Virus record (IMG/VR): IMGVR_UViG_3300020044_004534
Location: 1-36,074 of that record
Length of the DNA stretch: 36,074 nucleotides
Direction: 5' to 3' (one strand)
From: a virus
Lineage: Duplodnaviria; Caudoviricetes
A program made the translations under genes and the position numbers. The stretch's first letter is position 1. Every line of letters begins with the position of its first letter. The notes below the pieces were generated by a model. That model made no database searches, was not told the DNA's origin, and saw only the letters and a list, made by a program, of their open reading frames with translations. Positions 1 to 9,337 of the stretch are shown piece after piece.

Positions 1-65
1 GCGTAAGCCAAAATAAACCGTCCAACGACAGTTCCGTAAGATAAGTTGCTTGGGACATTCACCAT
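1..65 (-). CDS. Partial (5' end) virion/minor tail-type protein, runs off the window
   Basis: ATG at 65 gives MVNVPSNLSYGTVVGRFILAY..., open to the edge; preceded by a TGGTAGAAT -10 element; not in ORF track. Confidence 0.55.
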   Translation of the reverse strand, partial: MVNVPSNLSYGTVVGRFILAY

Positions 66-74
66 GATTACTCT

Positions 75-85
75 ATTCTACCATA
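75..85 (-). promoter_or_regulatory. Extended -10 late promoter (TATGG-TAGAAT), near-leaderless
   Basis: TAGAAT 9 nt before ATG at 65, no SD; same motif at 2649, 6770, 29987, 32838. Confidence 0.5.
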
Positions 86-86
86 C

Positions 87-272
87 TTAGGCTTCTCCGC
101 CATCAACAAAAACATAGCCTGCGCTATATGTTGAGCTTTGGGTTCCACCATCAATTTCTGATGTTTGTAGCCGTGTCGATTCCCAAGACACAGAGTTCCA
201 TACCCAGCTTTTTAAACCTGAAGTAAATACTTGTCCAACTGTTGGGTTTGTTGGAAAAACAATTGCAGCCAT
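87..272 (-). CDS. Small virion/fibre-associated protein
   Basis: FPTNPTVGQVFT..SWVWNSVSW motif typical of phage fibre-protein modules; TAATG coupling to upstream gene. Confidence 0.65.
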   Translation of the reverse strand: MAAIVFPTNPTVGQVFTSGLKSWVWNSVSWESTRLQTSEIDGGTQSSTYSAGYVFVDGGEA

Positions 273-409
273 TATTTACCTACTTCTTTAATGTCTGTTA
301 TTTGTTGCCCACATGGTCCACAGATGCACAGTTCTACTGGGTCCTCGAATTGGATTACAATGCCGTTGTTTTCACAGCCACTTGTGTGGCAGGTTAGTGC
401 TTTAATCAT
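272..409 (-). CDS. 45-aa Cys-rich (zinc-ribbon-like) protein following the fibre gene
   Basis: [16 protein letters not shown]...CICGPCGQQITDIKEVGK; TAATG overlaps at both ends; below ORF-track cutoff. Confidence 0.75.
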   Translation of the reverse strand: MIKALTCHTSGCENNGIVIQFEDPVELCICGPCGQQITDIKEVGK

Positions 410-2022
410 TATCCTGCTGCTGCTCCTGATGTCATTTGAATTGCTTGCCAGTTAGCTGTACGACCAGCGTTTCCTGCTGCTGTACCAGCCCAAGCGTAAA
501 CAGTAAAACCTGATGCTGTAACGCTACCAACTGTCGCAGAGGTTGAAGCGGTAGAAGACACCAATGTTGCTGTAACAATTGGTGCAACGCTAAATCGTGA
601 AGCTGGAAAAGTAACAGAGGCGCTTTGTGTTACAGAGACCGAGCCAGCAGCCATGCGGTAAGGGATACCAGTTCCAACTATGTTTCCTGAAACATTAACA
701 TCGCCAGTAGTTAAGTCAACTGAAAGCGCAGTAACATCATAAATTCCGTCGCTATTGGTGTCACCTAGAACGTAGAACTTTCCGCTATTTGCACCAATAA
801 AAGCATCTACATCGCCAATATCCGCAAATCGGATGTTTGGGGCTGCTCCTTGCAAAGTAATTGCAGGGGTTGAGGCTACAGAATTTGACCAGTTAGACTC
901 GTAGGAAGAAACAATGCTTCCTCCAACATTAATTTGACCACCTGAAAAATTTATCCCTAGAGGAGCTGCGGCACCATTGTTACGAACTTGAATTTCATTA
1001 TTGTCAATAGCCATGTTAAGGGCAGATGATGAACCAATTTGAAGCGCATGACCAGTAGAGACTAAATCTAAGTCGGTTGTGCTTGTTAGTCGAATAACTG
1101 GAGATGTTACGGTGCCAGTAAATGTAGGTGATGCAAGTGGAGCTGCCTCTGGAACATCCTCAAGATTGTGCGTATGTCCTACAGCCGCAATACCAGCATC
1201 GAATAATCCTCTGTTAATCCAAACGCTTCCACTACGTTGCAAAATCTGACCTGAAGATGGTGAGTTAATAGAAACATCATGCAACTCTTCAAGTTCAAAA
1301 CCATTCTGAACTTTTACAAAAATCTCACCATTATTTTGCTGGGCTCGGGTAACAATACCAATAAACACTAAGTGATTTGGTGTATATGGTTTATTTGCTA
1401 AACCAAAAAGCAAAGTACCAGAAGGGCCAAGCCAAACAGGATCCCCAACCGTTGCTGTGCTCGTATTAATACCAGCAAGCAAACCTTCTGTAATTACAAA
1501 ACCAAAGCCATTAATTGCTAGATTTTGAGCAATAAGTCCCATGGTTTTTGAAGAAGTTGATTCTGAGCTGTATGATGCTAAACCAACAATCATGTTAGTT
1601 CCAGAACCGCCAGTTGAGCCAGTTACATATACTGGTTGACCAATGGTTAATGCAACCCCAGCTTTTACTTCATGCTTAACCTGTGACGTATAGTTGTCAA
1701 TCCAAGTTGTATTGTAATCAACAGTATCAATTTTTGCAAGAATCTGACCAGTGGTTCCACCAGCAGGTACACCAACACCATCTTGACCTGGCACACCAGG
1801 AGAAGGTTCAACCCATGCACCGTCGTAGTAAATGTATTGGTTAAGAGTAGTTTCATCAAGCCATGTGTCGCCCTCTACAGGGTCAATTGGTGGTGTTGGG
1901 CCAACAAAATATCTTCCAGGCTCACCTTGTGGACCAGCAGGACCAGTTGCGCCATCAGCACCATTAACACCATCAACCATACACCATCGGCACCAGCAGG
2001 GCCAACAAGAGAAGCCAACCAT
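409..2022 (-). CDS. Fibre protein, C-terminal part (collagen tail, DUF2190-like segment, beta-rich C-terminal domain); probably continuous with the 2639 ORF via a frameshift near 1980
   Basis: G-X-Y repeats resume at [18 protein letters not shown]; GDTWLD and ELHDVSI fibre motifs; the first ~15 aa of the track ORF look non-coding. Confidence 0.75.
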   Translation of the reverse strand: MVGFSCWPCWCRWCMVDGVNGADGATGPAGPQGEPGRYFVGPTPPIDPVEGDTWLDETTLNQYIYYDGAWVEPSPGVPGQDGVGVPAGGTTGQILAKIDTVDYNTTWIDNYTSQVKHEVKAGVALTIGQPVYVTGSTGGSGTNMIVGLASYSSESTSSKTMGLIAQNLAINGFGFVITEGLLAGINTSTATVGDPVWLGPSGTLLFGLANKPYTPNHLVFIGIVTRAQQNNGEIFVKVQNGFELEELHDVSINSPSSGQILQRSGSVWINRGLFDAGIAAVGHTHNLEDVPEAAPLASPTFTGTVTSPVIRLTSTTDLDLVSTGHALQIGSSSALNMAIDNNEIQVRNNGAAAPLGINFSGGQINVGGSIVSSYESNWSNSVASTPAITLQGAAPNIRFADIGDVDAFIGANSGKFYVLGDTNSDGIYDVTALSVDLTTGDVNVSGNIVGTGIPYRMAAGSVSVTQSASVTFPASRFSVAPIVTATLVSSTASTSATVGSVTASGFTVYAWAGTAAGNAGRTANWQAIQMTSGAAAG

Positions 2023-2639
2023 TCAGCTTCTGTGCCAGTAAACCCATCCATTTGAGCAACTTGGTAAGCTGACAAACCAGTCAAACCCTGAGAACCTTGA
2101 GGTCCTGTCGCACCTGTTGCACCAGTTGCGCCAGTATCACCCTGTACGCCTTGGATGCCTTGAGCTCCTTGTGGACCAGTCTCGCCTTGAATACCTTGCA
2201 AACCCTGTGGACCAGTAGCGCCTGTAGCACCAGTGGCTCCAGTCTCACCTTGAATACCCTGCGGCCCCTGAGGGCCTTCAGGACCGGTTAAACCAGTCTC
2301 ACCCTGGATTCCCTGAGGACCCTGGATTCCCTGCTCTCCTTGAGGCCCCTGAGGGCCTGTAGCACCATCTAAACCATCTGCGCCCGCAGGACCAGTAGCC
2401 CCCTGCAAACCCTGCTCACCCTGAATACCCTGAGGACCAGGCTCACCCTGAGCACCCTGTGGACCTTCAGGACCTTGAGGACCCGCAGGACCCTGAGGAC
2501 CAACAGTTCCACCACCAGTGCCAGAGTCGCCTCCGCCACCACCCATAGGGCGTTTCTCGAGCTTCTTAATCTCAAGCTCAACCTTATCGCCCCACTCCTG
2601 AGACTGGGCAGGTAGATTGCTATCTGGAAAAATAATCAT
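1875..2639 (-). CDS. Collagen-like fibre protein, N-terminal part
   Basis: ATG 2639 ([10 protein letters not shown]...), long GPQG/GATG repeats, [21 protein letters not shown] motif common in phage collagen fibres. Confidence 0.8.
   Translation of the reverse strand: MIIFPDSNLPAQSQEWGDKVELEIKKLEKRPMGGGGGDSGTGGGTVGPQGPAGPQGPEGPQGAQGEPGPQGIQGEQGLQGATGPAGADGLDGATGPQGPQGEQGIQGPQGIQGETGLTGPEGPQGPQGIQGETGATGATGATGPQGLQGIQGETGPQGAQGIQGVQGDTGATGATGATGPQGSQGLTGLSAYQVAQMDGFTGTEAEWLASLVGPAGADGVWLMVLMVLMAQLVLLVHKVSLEDILLAQHHQLTL
1925..2505 (-). repeat. Collagen G-X-Y coding repeats
   Basis: Tandem 9-nt-period repeats encoding GPQ/GAT/GIQ. Confidence 0.9.
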
Positions 2640-2648
2640 GATACCCCA

Positions 2649-2658
2649 ATTATACCTT
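2649..2658 (-). promoter_or_regulatory. Late promoter -10 (AAGG-TATAAT), near-leaderless
   Basis: TATAAT 9 nt upstream of ATG 2639. Confidence 0.55.
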
Positions 2659-2742
2659 AGAGAAAAAGAAATGCCCTGGAACAAAAGCTCAACAGGGCAT
2701 TTCTATGTGAACACAACACACAGTAGGCAGGAGAAACCTACC
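2659..2742 (-). ncRNA. Candidate small RNA with anti-SD loop
   Basis: TGC-TATAAT at 2748-2756; hairpins with loops UUUCUCCUG and UUGUGUU; 12-bp terminator stem AGAAATGCCCTG/CAGGGCATTTCT plus U-tract; no credible ORF. Confidence 0.55.
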
Positions 2743-2760
2743 CTGCAATTATAGCACAGG

Positions 2761-2795
2761 GTAAAAGAAAACCCCCACCGAAGTGGGGGCTTTCC
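2761..2795 (-). terminator. Intrinsic terminator after major capsid gene
   Basis: CCCCCAC-TTCG-GTGGGGG followed by TTTTCTTTT on minus strand. Confidence 0.9.
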
Positions 2796-2808
2796 AATTT
2801 GGAGCTTA

Positions 2809-3912
2809 TTAAGCGCCTGCACCAGTTGATGCCATGGTACCAGCAGGAACCAAGAAACCACCAGTAGCAATGTGACGAATACGCATCTCGAAGTCGTCGT
2901 TGTCGAATGAACCATCGCGAGCAGGAACGTCGCCTCCACCAAGGAAGGTTCCACCGTTCATCTTGATGCGAAGCTCAGGAGTCTCGTAACCACGAAGGAA
3001 ACCAAGAGCAACTGAAGGGTTCAAGGTTGCAGTCGGAACTGGAATTAGGAACCAGAAAGCGTCTGCAGAACCGTTGATCTTCTTAATCCAAGGGTTAACA
3101 ACAATCTCAACCTGTGAACCGATTGGGTTGCCTGAGATGGTACGAGTGGTTACGTCGCCAACAACAGTGTCAACCTGAACGGTCTGAGTTGCAAGAATCT
3201 TGCGAGCAGTTAGCTCAAGAGCCGCAGGGATAACAAGAGCAAACTTTGAAACAGGAGTAACAGGCTTACCGTTGTAGGTCTGCAAGTTAGCAGCCTGGAT
3301 TGCAAGCTCAAGGTTCTCAAGAGTCAAAGCACCGTTACCTGAGTAAAGGTTCTGGTTGGTTGAGTTGAAGTTAGCGGTGTTTAGACCAGCAACAGCAACA
3401 AGCTGCTTGGTAACTTCTTCATCTTCCTTGCCGGCAGCCTTAAGAGCAAGCTCCTGAGGTAGACGCTCAAGTAGACCAACGTTGCCGTCGTTAACGATAG
3501 CTTCCCATGAGAAACGGATACGCTGACCGGCCTTCTTTAGCTGAACTGACTGCTCAGTAGCTGCGAAGAAACCAGCAGTTGGGTACTCGTCATACTCGCC
3601 AACAGTTGGAAGTGAACCATCACGGTAAACATCGCCTGCGTTGCCCTTGCCCTCATCCTCGTAAGCGAGGTTTAGGTAAGTCTGTGGACGGAAGTCGTCA
3701 AGAACAAGCTTCGATGCGAAACGGTCCCAAACCTTTGGAGCAGCCTCGTAGTTACGAAGAAGGATCTTGTTGATTGCTGGAGTAAGCTGCACAGGTAGGT
3801 CAGAAGTGCTGATACCTTCCTGAAGCTTAAGCTTGTCCATGCGGTCGCCGCTTAGGGCACCTTCGAGAAGCTTTGCAGCCTCTACGTTACGCTGAGTAAT
3901 AATTTCAGACAT
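2809..3912 (-). CDS. Major capsid protein (HK97 fold)
   Basis: 367 aa after protease and cement genes; DFR...L..VGE..EY, GR.F.FSWEAIVND-like motif (GQRIRFSWEAIVND), FDNDD..MRIRH; strong terminator follows. Confidence 0.9.
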   Translation of the reverse strand: MSEIITQRNVEAAKLLEGALSGDRMDKLKLQEGISTSDLPVQLTPAINKILLRNYEAAPKVWDRFASKLVLDDFRPQTYLNLAYEDEGKGNAGDVYRDGSLPTVGEYDEYPTAGFFAATEQSVQLKKAGQRIRFSWEAIVNDGNVGLLERLPQELALKAAGKEDEEVTKQLVAVAGLNTANFNSTNQNLYSGNGALTLENLELAIQAANLQTYNGKPVTPVSKFALVIPAALELTARKILATQTVQVDTVVGDVTTRTISGNPIGSQVEIVVNPWIKKINGSADAFWFLIPVPTATLNPSVALGFLRGYETPELRIKMNGGTFLGGGDVPARDGSFDNDDFEMRIRHIATGGFLVPAGTMASTGAGA

Positions 3913-3924
3913 TTTTACCTATCC

Positions 3925-4269
3925 TTACGCAGCAGCAGCAACTAGACGGACATAAATGTCGCCAGCTGAGGTGCCAGACTTAGCAGTCACAGCGTGACCA
4001 ATGAACTTGTTACCTGAAGCAGTAACGTTGATAACGCCAGCTGAAGTCATGTAGACAGCTGCGCCTACAGTGATTGCAACTGATGTTGAAAGCTTGACAA
4101 CGCCATTTAGCTTAAGAGTGGTGTAGTAGTTACCATCTTCGCCAACAGCAGCGTCACGCTGTGCTAGGCCAACAATCTGACCAACCTGAACAAGGTCACC
4201 AGAGTTAACGGTGCTTGCAACAGGAAGGACTAGCTCATTGCCGTCTTTGTAAATCTCGTTAAGAGCCAT
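3925..4269 (-). CDS. Capsid cement/decoration protein (DUF2190-like)
   Basis: 114 aa, V.SGDLV.VG..VG.A..D, G..VY, IG.AV motifs; between protease and capsid. Confidence 0.8.
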   Translation of the reverse strand: MALNEIYKDGNELVLPVASTVNSGDLVQVGQIVGLAQRDAAVGEDGNYYTTLKLNGVVKLSTSVAITVGAAVYMTSAGVINVTASGNKFIGHAVTAKSGTSAGDIYVRLVAAAA

Positions 4270-4278
4270 TTACTTTCC

Positions 4279-5271
4279 TTACTTCTTTGAGATGCCAGAG
4301 ACGATAGCGTCTAGTGCATCAGCGTGGGTGATTTTAGCTGATTCCTGCACAAAGCCGACGTTGTCGGTTGATGCTGGGGCAGCAGGAGCTGACTCACGAA
4401 CAGATGCAAGGTAAGCCTTCTCATCTGCAATAAGCTCGTCAACAGTCTTGATGTTGGTCTCAGACTTTAGCGACTCAGCAACACGGCTGATAGCTAGAGC
4501 TGGAAGACCAGATTCGTTGAACTTAACAGCAACGTCTACAGGGTCAACTGCTTCGACCTCGTCGGCTGCGTCAGCTTCAACTGCTGCATCCTCCTCGGCT
4601 TCGGCAGGAGTTGCAGACTCTACAAGAACCGAAACCGATTCGCGCAGAGGGCTGATAGCTTCAACAAAGGTAGCTTTGATGTCAGCAATCGCTGCATCGA
4701 ACTCTTCCTTAGTAATCATGCTTTCATTTCCTTCCGAAGAAGACTCTGCCAAAACAGCGTCCTCATCTTTTCTGGTGTAGCTCTCAAGCAGAGACAAAAA
4801 CTTGCCTCCAGCCCCAGCTACAGTGACAACATCGACACTTGTTAGCGGATCTGCCACAAGTGTTTCGATGATTGGCCCTTGTCGGCCCTCTGCCTCACCA
4901 ATCTTGGCTTCACCAAGAGCATGGATTGACAAACCTACATCCCCAGCCATCTCACGAATAATCGGAGCATAGTGGGAATAAAATTCGATATCTGCAACCA
5001 AACCATTTTCGGCAAAAATTGCATCTGAAACAAGCTTACCAGCAAGTTGGTGAACGTCACGTTCTGGACGGTCCCCTGCCTCAGAAATTGAAGGGTGGTT
5101 CATAAAAACCTTAGTTCCCTTTTTGAAAACAGTCGGACCATAGGCTGCCAAAACGTCGGCACTGTAATAACCTGATGAACCCCAACCGCTTTCGATAACC
5201 TTAACACGCCACTTGTTGCCCAACGACGGGGCAAGGGTAAGGCCCATGTTTTCATTTAGCGTAATAGCCAT
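4279..5271 (-). CDS. Capsid maturation protease with fused scaffold
   Basis: GWGSSGYYS, FMNHP, GLSI, SVDVVT..GAGG; acidic Ala/Glu-rich C-terminus; synteny. Confidence 0.85.
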   Translation of the reverse strand: MAITLNENMGLTLAPSLGNKWRVKVIESGWGSSGYYSADVLAAYGPTVFKKGTKVFMNHPSISEAGDRPERDVHQLAGKLVSDAIFAENGLVADIEFYSHYAPIIREMAGDVGLSIHALGEAKIGEAEGRQGPIIETLVADPLTSVDVVTVAGAGGKFLSLLESYTRKDEDAVLAESSSEGNESMITKEEFDAAIADIKATFVEAISPLRESVSVLVESATPAEAEEDAAVEADAADEVEAVDPVDVAVKFNESGLPALAISRVAESLKSETNIKTVDELIADEKAYLASVRESAPAAPASTDNVGFVQESAKITHADALDAIVSGISKK

Positions 5272-5306
5272 GCAAAACTCTCCGAATAAGTTATCTTCTT
5301 CACATT

Positions 5307-5315
5307 ATTGTAGCA
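5307..5315 (-). promoter_or_regulatory. Extended -10 promoter (TGC-TACAAT) for head operon
   Basis: Intergenic between portal and protease. Confidence 0.5.
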
Positions 5316-5330
5316 CACATGCAAACAATG

Positions 5331-6737
5331 TTAAGCAGTTGGTTTAGCGTCCTGTGCTTTCAAGTCGTTAGCATTAGTTTGCATAGAACCAACAGCACCA
5401 CTGTTACCCTGTGAAGGAATAGGAGAAGAACCAGTCGAAGCAGAAGTGTCAGATGAAGGACCAGTCGGGTGCATTTTTGGAATGTCCAAAGTTTCAAGCA
5501 CAGAAGCACGATACTCGTCATCCCAAATGGCGTTAGTTTCCTTAGCCAAAGCCAAAGACTGCATCACACGCTGAGAAGCTTCAGTTTCAATCTTAGGCCA
5601 GTTAACACTAGTGCCCTTAGCACCCATAAAGTTAAGCACACGCTTGTAGAACAAAGTCCAAACATGTTGACGAGCTTCCATAGCTTTAACAGTAGGCACA
5701 TCCAAAGTCTGTGCAGTACCATAAGCGCCTGAAGAACCAGGGTCAGAAAGCAAAGCCACAATAGAAACTTCCAAAGCAGAAGCAACCATAGAAGCCAACG
5801 CACGACCATTACCCAAGTCAACACCAGAACCAGACTTTGGCATAGCAGACAACTCCATACCGTCACCCATAACGGCTGTAGCACCAGCAGTAGACGGTGT
5901 AGCAATCGAAGCAGCAGCAGCAGTAGCACCAGCTTTAGTCTTAGACTTCAACTGCCAAGCAAACATTGCCAAAGCCTTCAACATGCGAGAACCATCTTTT
6001 AGGAACTCGTTATATGCGTGAGCCCATGGCATAGCAGCCAAAGCATCAGGAACACCCCACACAACACCAGCACGACGGTTCACATGAGAAGCAAACATGA
6101 AAGAGTTAGCATCAACAGGTTGCTTGCTAATAGACGAAGCATAACGACCCTCAGGCACATAAGTGTCAGCAGGATACCAAACATTCATAACAGTATCCTT
6201 AGCAGCACCAGTAGCCAAATCCTGCTCTTTACGAGTCCAAGTACGGCGGAAATAACGCACAACCTCAGCATCGTCAGGGTCAGTAACAATACCAGTAATC
6301 TGACCAAAAGGCACACGCTTAAACAACTTAGTCTTCACATCACCCAAAACAAAGAACTGACCATCAGTGAAATGGCTACGTTCATTAATAACCTGTGCCT
6401 CTGGTGAAAACAAAACATTCTGATTCTGTGGCTCATCAATGAACTTCTGAAAACGAGGCTGCAAATCACCAAAAGCAACACCACGACCAAAAATGTACGA
6501 AGTGCGAAGACCAGAACCACGCTTAAGAAGAGGGTTACCGTCAGAAGTTTCACGAATACGAGCAGCAGCATCCTGCAACTCAGTCAACTCAAAACCATCA
6601 GTGGTCGAGTTGATAGTGTTCCAACCCTTGTCATCAAAAGCCAAAACAGCTTGAGCCATAGAGCTGTAAGACTCCCGAAGAAGCTCATTTTCAGCGATTT
6701 GTGCCTGTAAAACCTCAGAAAGTTGCTGAGAATCCAT
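5331..6737 (-). CDS. Portal protein
   Basis: 468 aa between terminase and protease; NPLLKRG, DGQFF, WGVPD, G.A.TLD.PT motifs of actinophage portals. Confidence 0.85.
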   Translation of the reverse strand: MDSQQLSEVLQAQIAENELLRESYSSMAQAVLAFDDKGWNTINSTTDGFELTELQDAAARIRETSDGNPLLKRGSGLRTSYIFGRGVAFGDLQPRFQKFIDEPQNQNVLFSPEAQVINERSHFTDGQFFVLGDVKTKLFKRVPFGQITGIVTDPDDAEVVRYFRRTWTRKEQDLATGAAKDTVMNVWYPADTYVPEGRYASSISKQPVDANSFMFASHVNRRAGVVWGVPDALAAMPWAHAYNEFLKDGSRMLKALAMFAWQLKSKTKAGATAAAASIATPSTAGATAVMGDGMELSAMPKSGSGVDLGNGRALASMVASALEVSIVALLSDPGSSGAYGTAQTLDVPTVKAMEARQHVWTLFYKRVLNFMGAKGTSVNWPKIETEASQRVMQSLALAKETNAIWDDEYRASVLETLDIPKMHPTGPSSDTSASTGSSPIPSQGNSGAVGSMQTNANDLKAQDAKPTA

Positions 6738-6772
6738 GAAAAAGTCCTTAAATAAGTGTTATTACACCTATT

Positions 6773-8284
6773 CTACCATGTCCAAGCATCATACAAAGCA
6801 AAATCATTACCCAAAGTAGCAGGATCCATCGAAATAACATCACCAACACTACGCCCAGCATGCGGAGAATTAAACAAAGAATCCAAATTAACCGACGCAT
6901 ACACGGCAGCATCCAAATTGTCAGGAGATTTCACACCACGAGAACGCATATCATCTTTCGATTCAATCTGAATCGCACCAGAACCAGCAAACTTATACCG
7001 CAACATCATCAACTCTTCAAGAAGTTTACTATCATCAGGGTCAATATCAATCAAACCAGCCAACATTTGCTCACGCAAAGAATCAAAATTATAAGCACGA
7101 GCATTAAACCAACGAGTCTTATCAGGAGAAGAAGCCGAACCCAACATCGAAATGACAGTATACTTACCCTCACCCATAGCCGCCAACTGGTCCACAACAG
7201 GGCCACCAAGGCCCGCACCATCCACACGAACCTCACGACAACCCAGTTCAAGAGCAGCCTGATGCACACGGTTAGCAGACTCCAAAGCAGAAGCTTTAGA
7301 CCAAGAAGCATACTTACGCAAACGACCACCACGGTTAATGTAAATGACAGAATCATCCTCACCAAACCGGGCCAAGTCCACACCCATCACAACCTTAACC
7401 TCTTCATCCTCCACAACCTCAGCATCAATAGCCTTATCCAAAGCTGTTTGAGAATAAAACGCCGTATCGTCCTCGTCAGGAAACTCAGCCAAAATCTTAG
7501 ACTTATACCGAGCAGAATCCTCACCCCAAGAAATTTTCTGACGCTCAACCCAAGCAGGTTGAATCAACAAAGGCAACAACTCAGGCTGAACCTCATTCTT
7601 TTCATCAGTAAAATTTGGTGTATCAAACGCCGAAATTTTAATCTTATGCCAAGTAGGATCATCTCTAAAAATTTTATGAAAAGGCGTACCCCTCTGGTCT
7701 GGGTTACCAATCGCCAAAACACGGGCACCCTCAGTGTTAGTAACCGCTTCAGTAGCCGTATACAAATCCTCAGGAATACCACCAGCCTCATCCAAAATAA
7801 CCATCACATAACGGCGGTGAATACCCTGAAAGGAAGAAACCAAATCCTTATCAGCAGGACGACGACCCCAAGCCATCACATAACCATCATCCAACTTCCA
7901 CTCCTGAGACTGATTAATCGACCCAGGCAAAGTCACACCATTACCCTTAGCCAAATCAAAATTAGTTTTAATCTCAGTAAACAAAACACGAGCAATCTGC
8001 ACATAAGTTGGTGCAGAACAAATCACAGCAACATCACGAGGATCATGAGTAGCAACCCACCAAACAGCCAAAATGCCTGCAAGGCCAGACTTACCAGCAC
8101 CATTACAAGACACCACAGCCGTGTGCGTATTCTCAACCACAGACTGTGCAATCTCACGCTGCTTAGACCACAAATCCTTACCCAACACCTCCTTAGCCCA
8201 CAAAGCAGGGTCAGTTAAATAAAGCGAATTTTTAGACCGCCGACGCAAATCAGCAATCACACCATCCAAAACATTATCCAACAT
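6773..8284 (-). CDS. terL: Terminase large subunit
   Basis: Walker A SCNGAGKS, Walker B VILDEA, AIGNP, nuclease GVDLARFG.D and SPD..DA; start likely ATG 8284. Confidence 0.95.
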   Translation of the reverse strand: MLDNVLDGVIADLRRRSKNSLYLTDPALWAKEVLGKDLWSKQREIAQSVVENTHTAVVSCNGAGKSGLAGILAVWWVATHDPRDVAVICSAPTYVQIARVLFTEIKTNFDLAKGNGVTLPGSINQSQEWKLDDGYVMAWGRRPADKDLVSSFQGIHRRYVMVILDEAGGIPEDLYTATEAVTNTEGARVLAIGNPDQRGTPFHKIFRDDPTWHKIKISAFDTPNFTDEKNEVQPELLPLLIQPAWVERQKISWGEDSARYKSKILAEFPDEDDTAFYSQTALDKAIDAEVVEDEEVKVVMGVDLARFGEDDSVIYINRGGRLRKYASWSKASALESANRVHQAALELGCREVRVDGAGLGGPVVDQLAAMGEGKYTVISMLGSASSPDKTRWFNARAYNFDSLREQMLAGLIDIDPDDSKLLEELMMLRYKFAGSGAIQIESKDDMRSRGVKSPDNLDAAVYASVNLDSLFNSPHAGRSVGDVISMDPATLGNDFALYDAWTW

Positions 8285-8783
8285 TCTCAGTCTCAGCAAT
8301 CAACTCATACTTAGCCAACAACAAACCCTCAGTCACAATCTCATCCAACTCATCAGACGAAACCAAAGGATAACGCTCCCTCAACTCCTTCTTCGCAAAC
8401 TGCAAAGCCGCATCCAAAGCATTAAACAAAACCCTCTGCTGAAACTCAGACAGTTTCAAAACATCAGCATCCAAAGTCAACTGTTGAGCATCAAGGCGCT
8501 TACCAATCAACTCAAGGGTCTTCAACAACAAACGAGCCGAATCCAAATCCTTAAAATCCACAGCATTCTGAGTCAACGAATCCTTCAACTCATTCAACTC
8601 ATGCAACAACAACTGCTGACGCTCATGCTCAGACCACACATCACGCTTCGCCATCAACCCCTTCACATGTTGCACAGCCTGTGCAGCAGGAACACCAGTC
8701 AAAGCCTGCATCTCATCCCCAGACTTACCAGAAGCAGCAAGTCTAATAAGGGTCTCATCAAGAAGCGAAACATCCTTACTCAA
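8274..8783 (-). CDS. Putative terminase small subunit
   Basis: TTG start after GAGGAGG; N-terminal HTH-like and helical; overlaps terL start. Confidence 0.6.
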   Translation of the reverse strand: MSKDVSLLDETLIRLAASGKSGDEMQALTGVPAAQAVQHVKGLMAKRDVWSEHERQQLLLHELNELKDSLTQNAVDFKDLDSARLLLKTLELIGKRLDAQQLTLDADVLKLSEFQQRVLFNALDAALQFAKKELRERYPLVSSDELDEIVTEGLLLAKYELIAETENVG

Positions 8784-8955
8784 CCGAATCCTCCTCAAAC
8801 GGTTGCACAACAGGCACACCCATCAAATCCAAACGCTGATGCAAACCCTCAACCAACATAAACAAAGACACCACAACCCCCATAATATCCTCATTAGAAG
8901 ACGGCAATCCCTCTTCCGAATCATCCACAAAAGGATCAGTTAAACCACGAGACAT
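8776..8955 (-). CDS. Hypothetical protein
   Basis: MSRGLTDPFV...; overlaps next gene; codon skew matches neighbours. Confidence 0.55.
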   Translation of the reverse strand: MSRGLTDPFVDDSEEGLPSSNEDIMGVVVSLFMLVEGLHQRLDLMGVPVVQPFEEDSVE

Positions 8956-8982
8956 ACAAGCCCTTTCAAAAACAATCAAAAA

Positions 8983-9108
8983 CTAACGCAAAAAATTTTT
9001 AGAAACACGTTTCGGCTTAGAAACAATCTCACCCGGACGTTTCATAAGATTAAGTGCAAGCAACATCTTCTGAGCCTGAGACCACCCAGCCGTATCAAAA
9101 TCAGACAA
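8983..9108 (-). CDS. Hypothetical 41-aa protein
   Basis: TTG start, MSDFDTAGWSQAQKMLLALNLMKRPG...; fills gap, overlaps upstream stop. Confidence 0.4.
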   Translation of the reverse strand: MSDFDTAGWSQAQKMLLALNLMKRPGEIVSKPKRVSKNFLR

Positions 9109-9337
9109 CCTCGGCATGATACGCCTCCAACGCACAATTCACCAAATCCCACAACTCATAATCAAAAGCATCCATCTCAAAATAAACCTCAGCAACAACC
9201 TCAGACGGATGCGCCTCCTCAGTAAACCGAGCACACCAAACCTCAACCGCAGACGAGGCATCAGCCGGGTCAACCAAATCCAACGAAATCACAGACGTAG
9301 CAAAACCATCCACATTAACCAAAATACGAGCTTCCAT
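9101..9337 (-). CDS. Hypothetical protein, likely leaderless
   Basis: TGA-TAGGAT -10 (9344-9352) 6 nt before ATG 9337. Confidence 0.6.
   Translation of the reverse strand: MEARILVNVDGFATSVISLDLVDPADASSAVEVWCARFTEEAHPSEVVAEVYFEMDAFDYELWDLVNCALEAYHAEVV

Noticed and set aside
2703-2954. 83-aa minus-strand ORF overlapping the capsid 3' end
   Set aside because: Out-of-frame overlap running through the capsid terminator; the region is better explained by terminator plus sRNA
6860-8218. 452-aa plus-strand ORF antisense to terL (and similar shadows at 4448, 6018, 8484, 12090, 13887, 34016)
   Set aside because: No SD or motifs and I/R/T/H-biased composition; explained by the extreme codon skew of the real gene on the opposite strand
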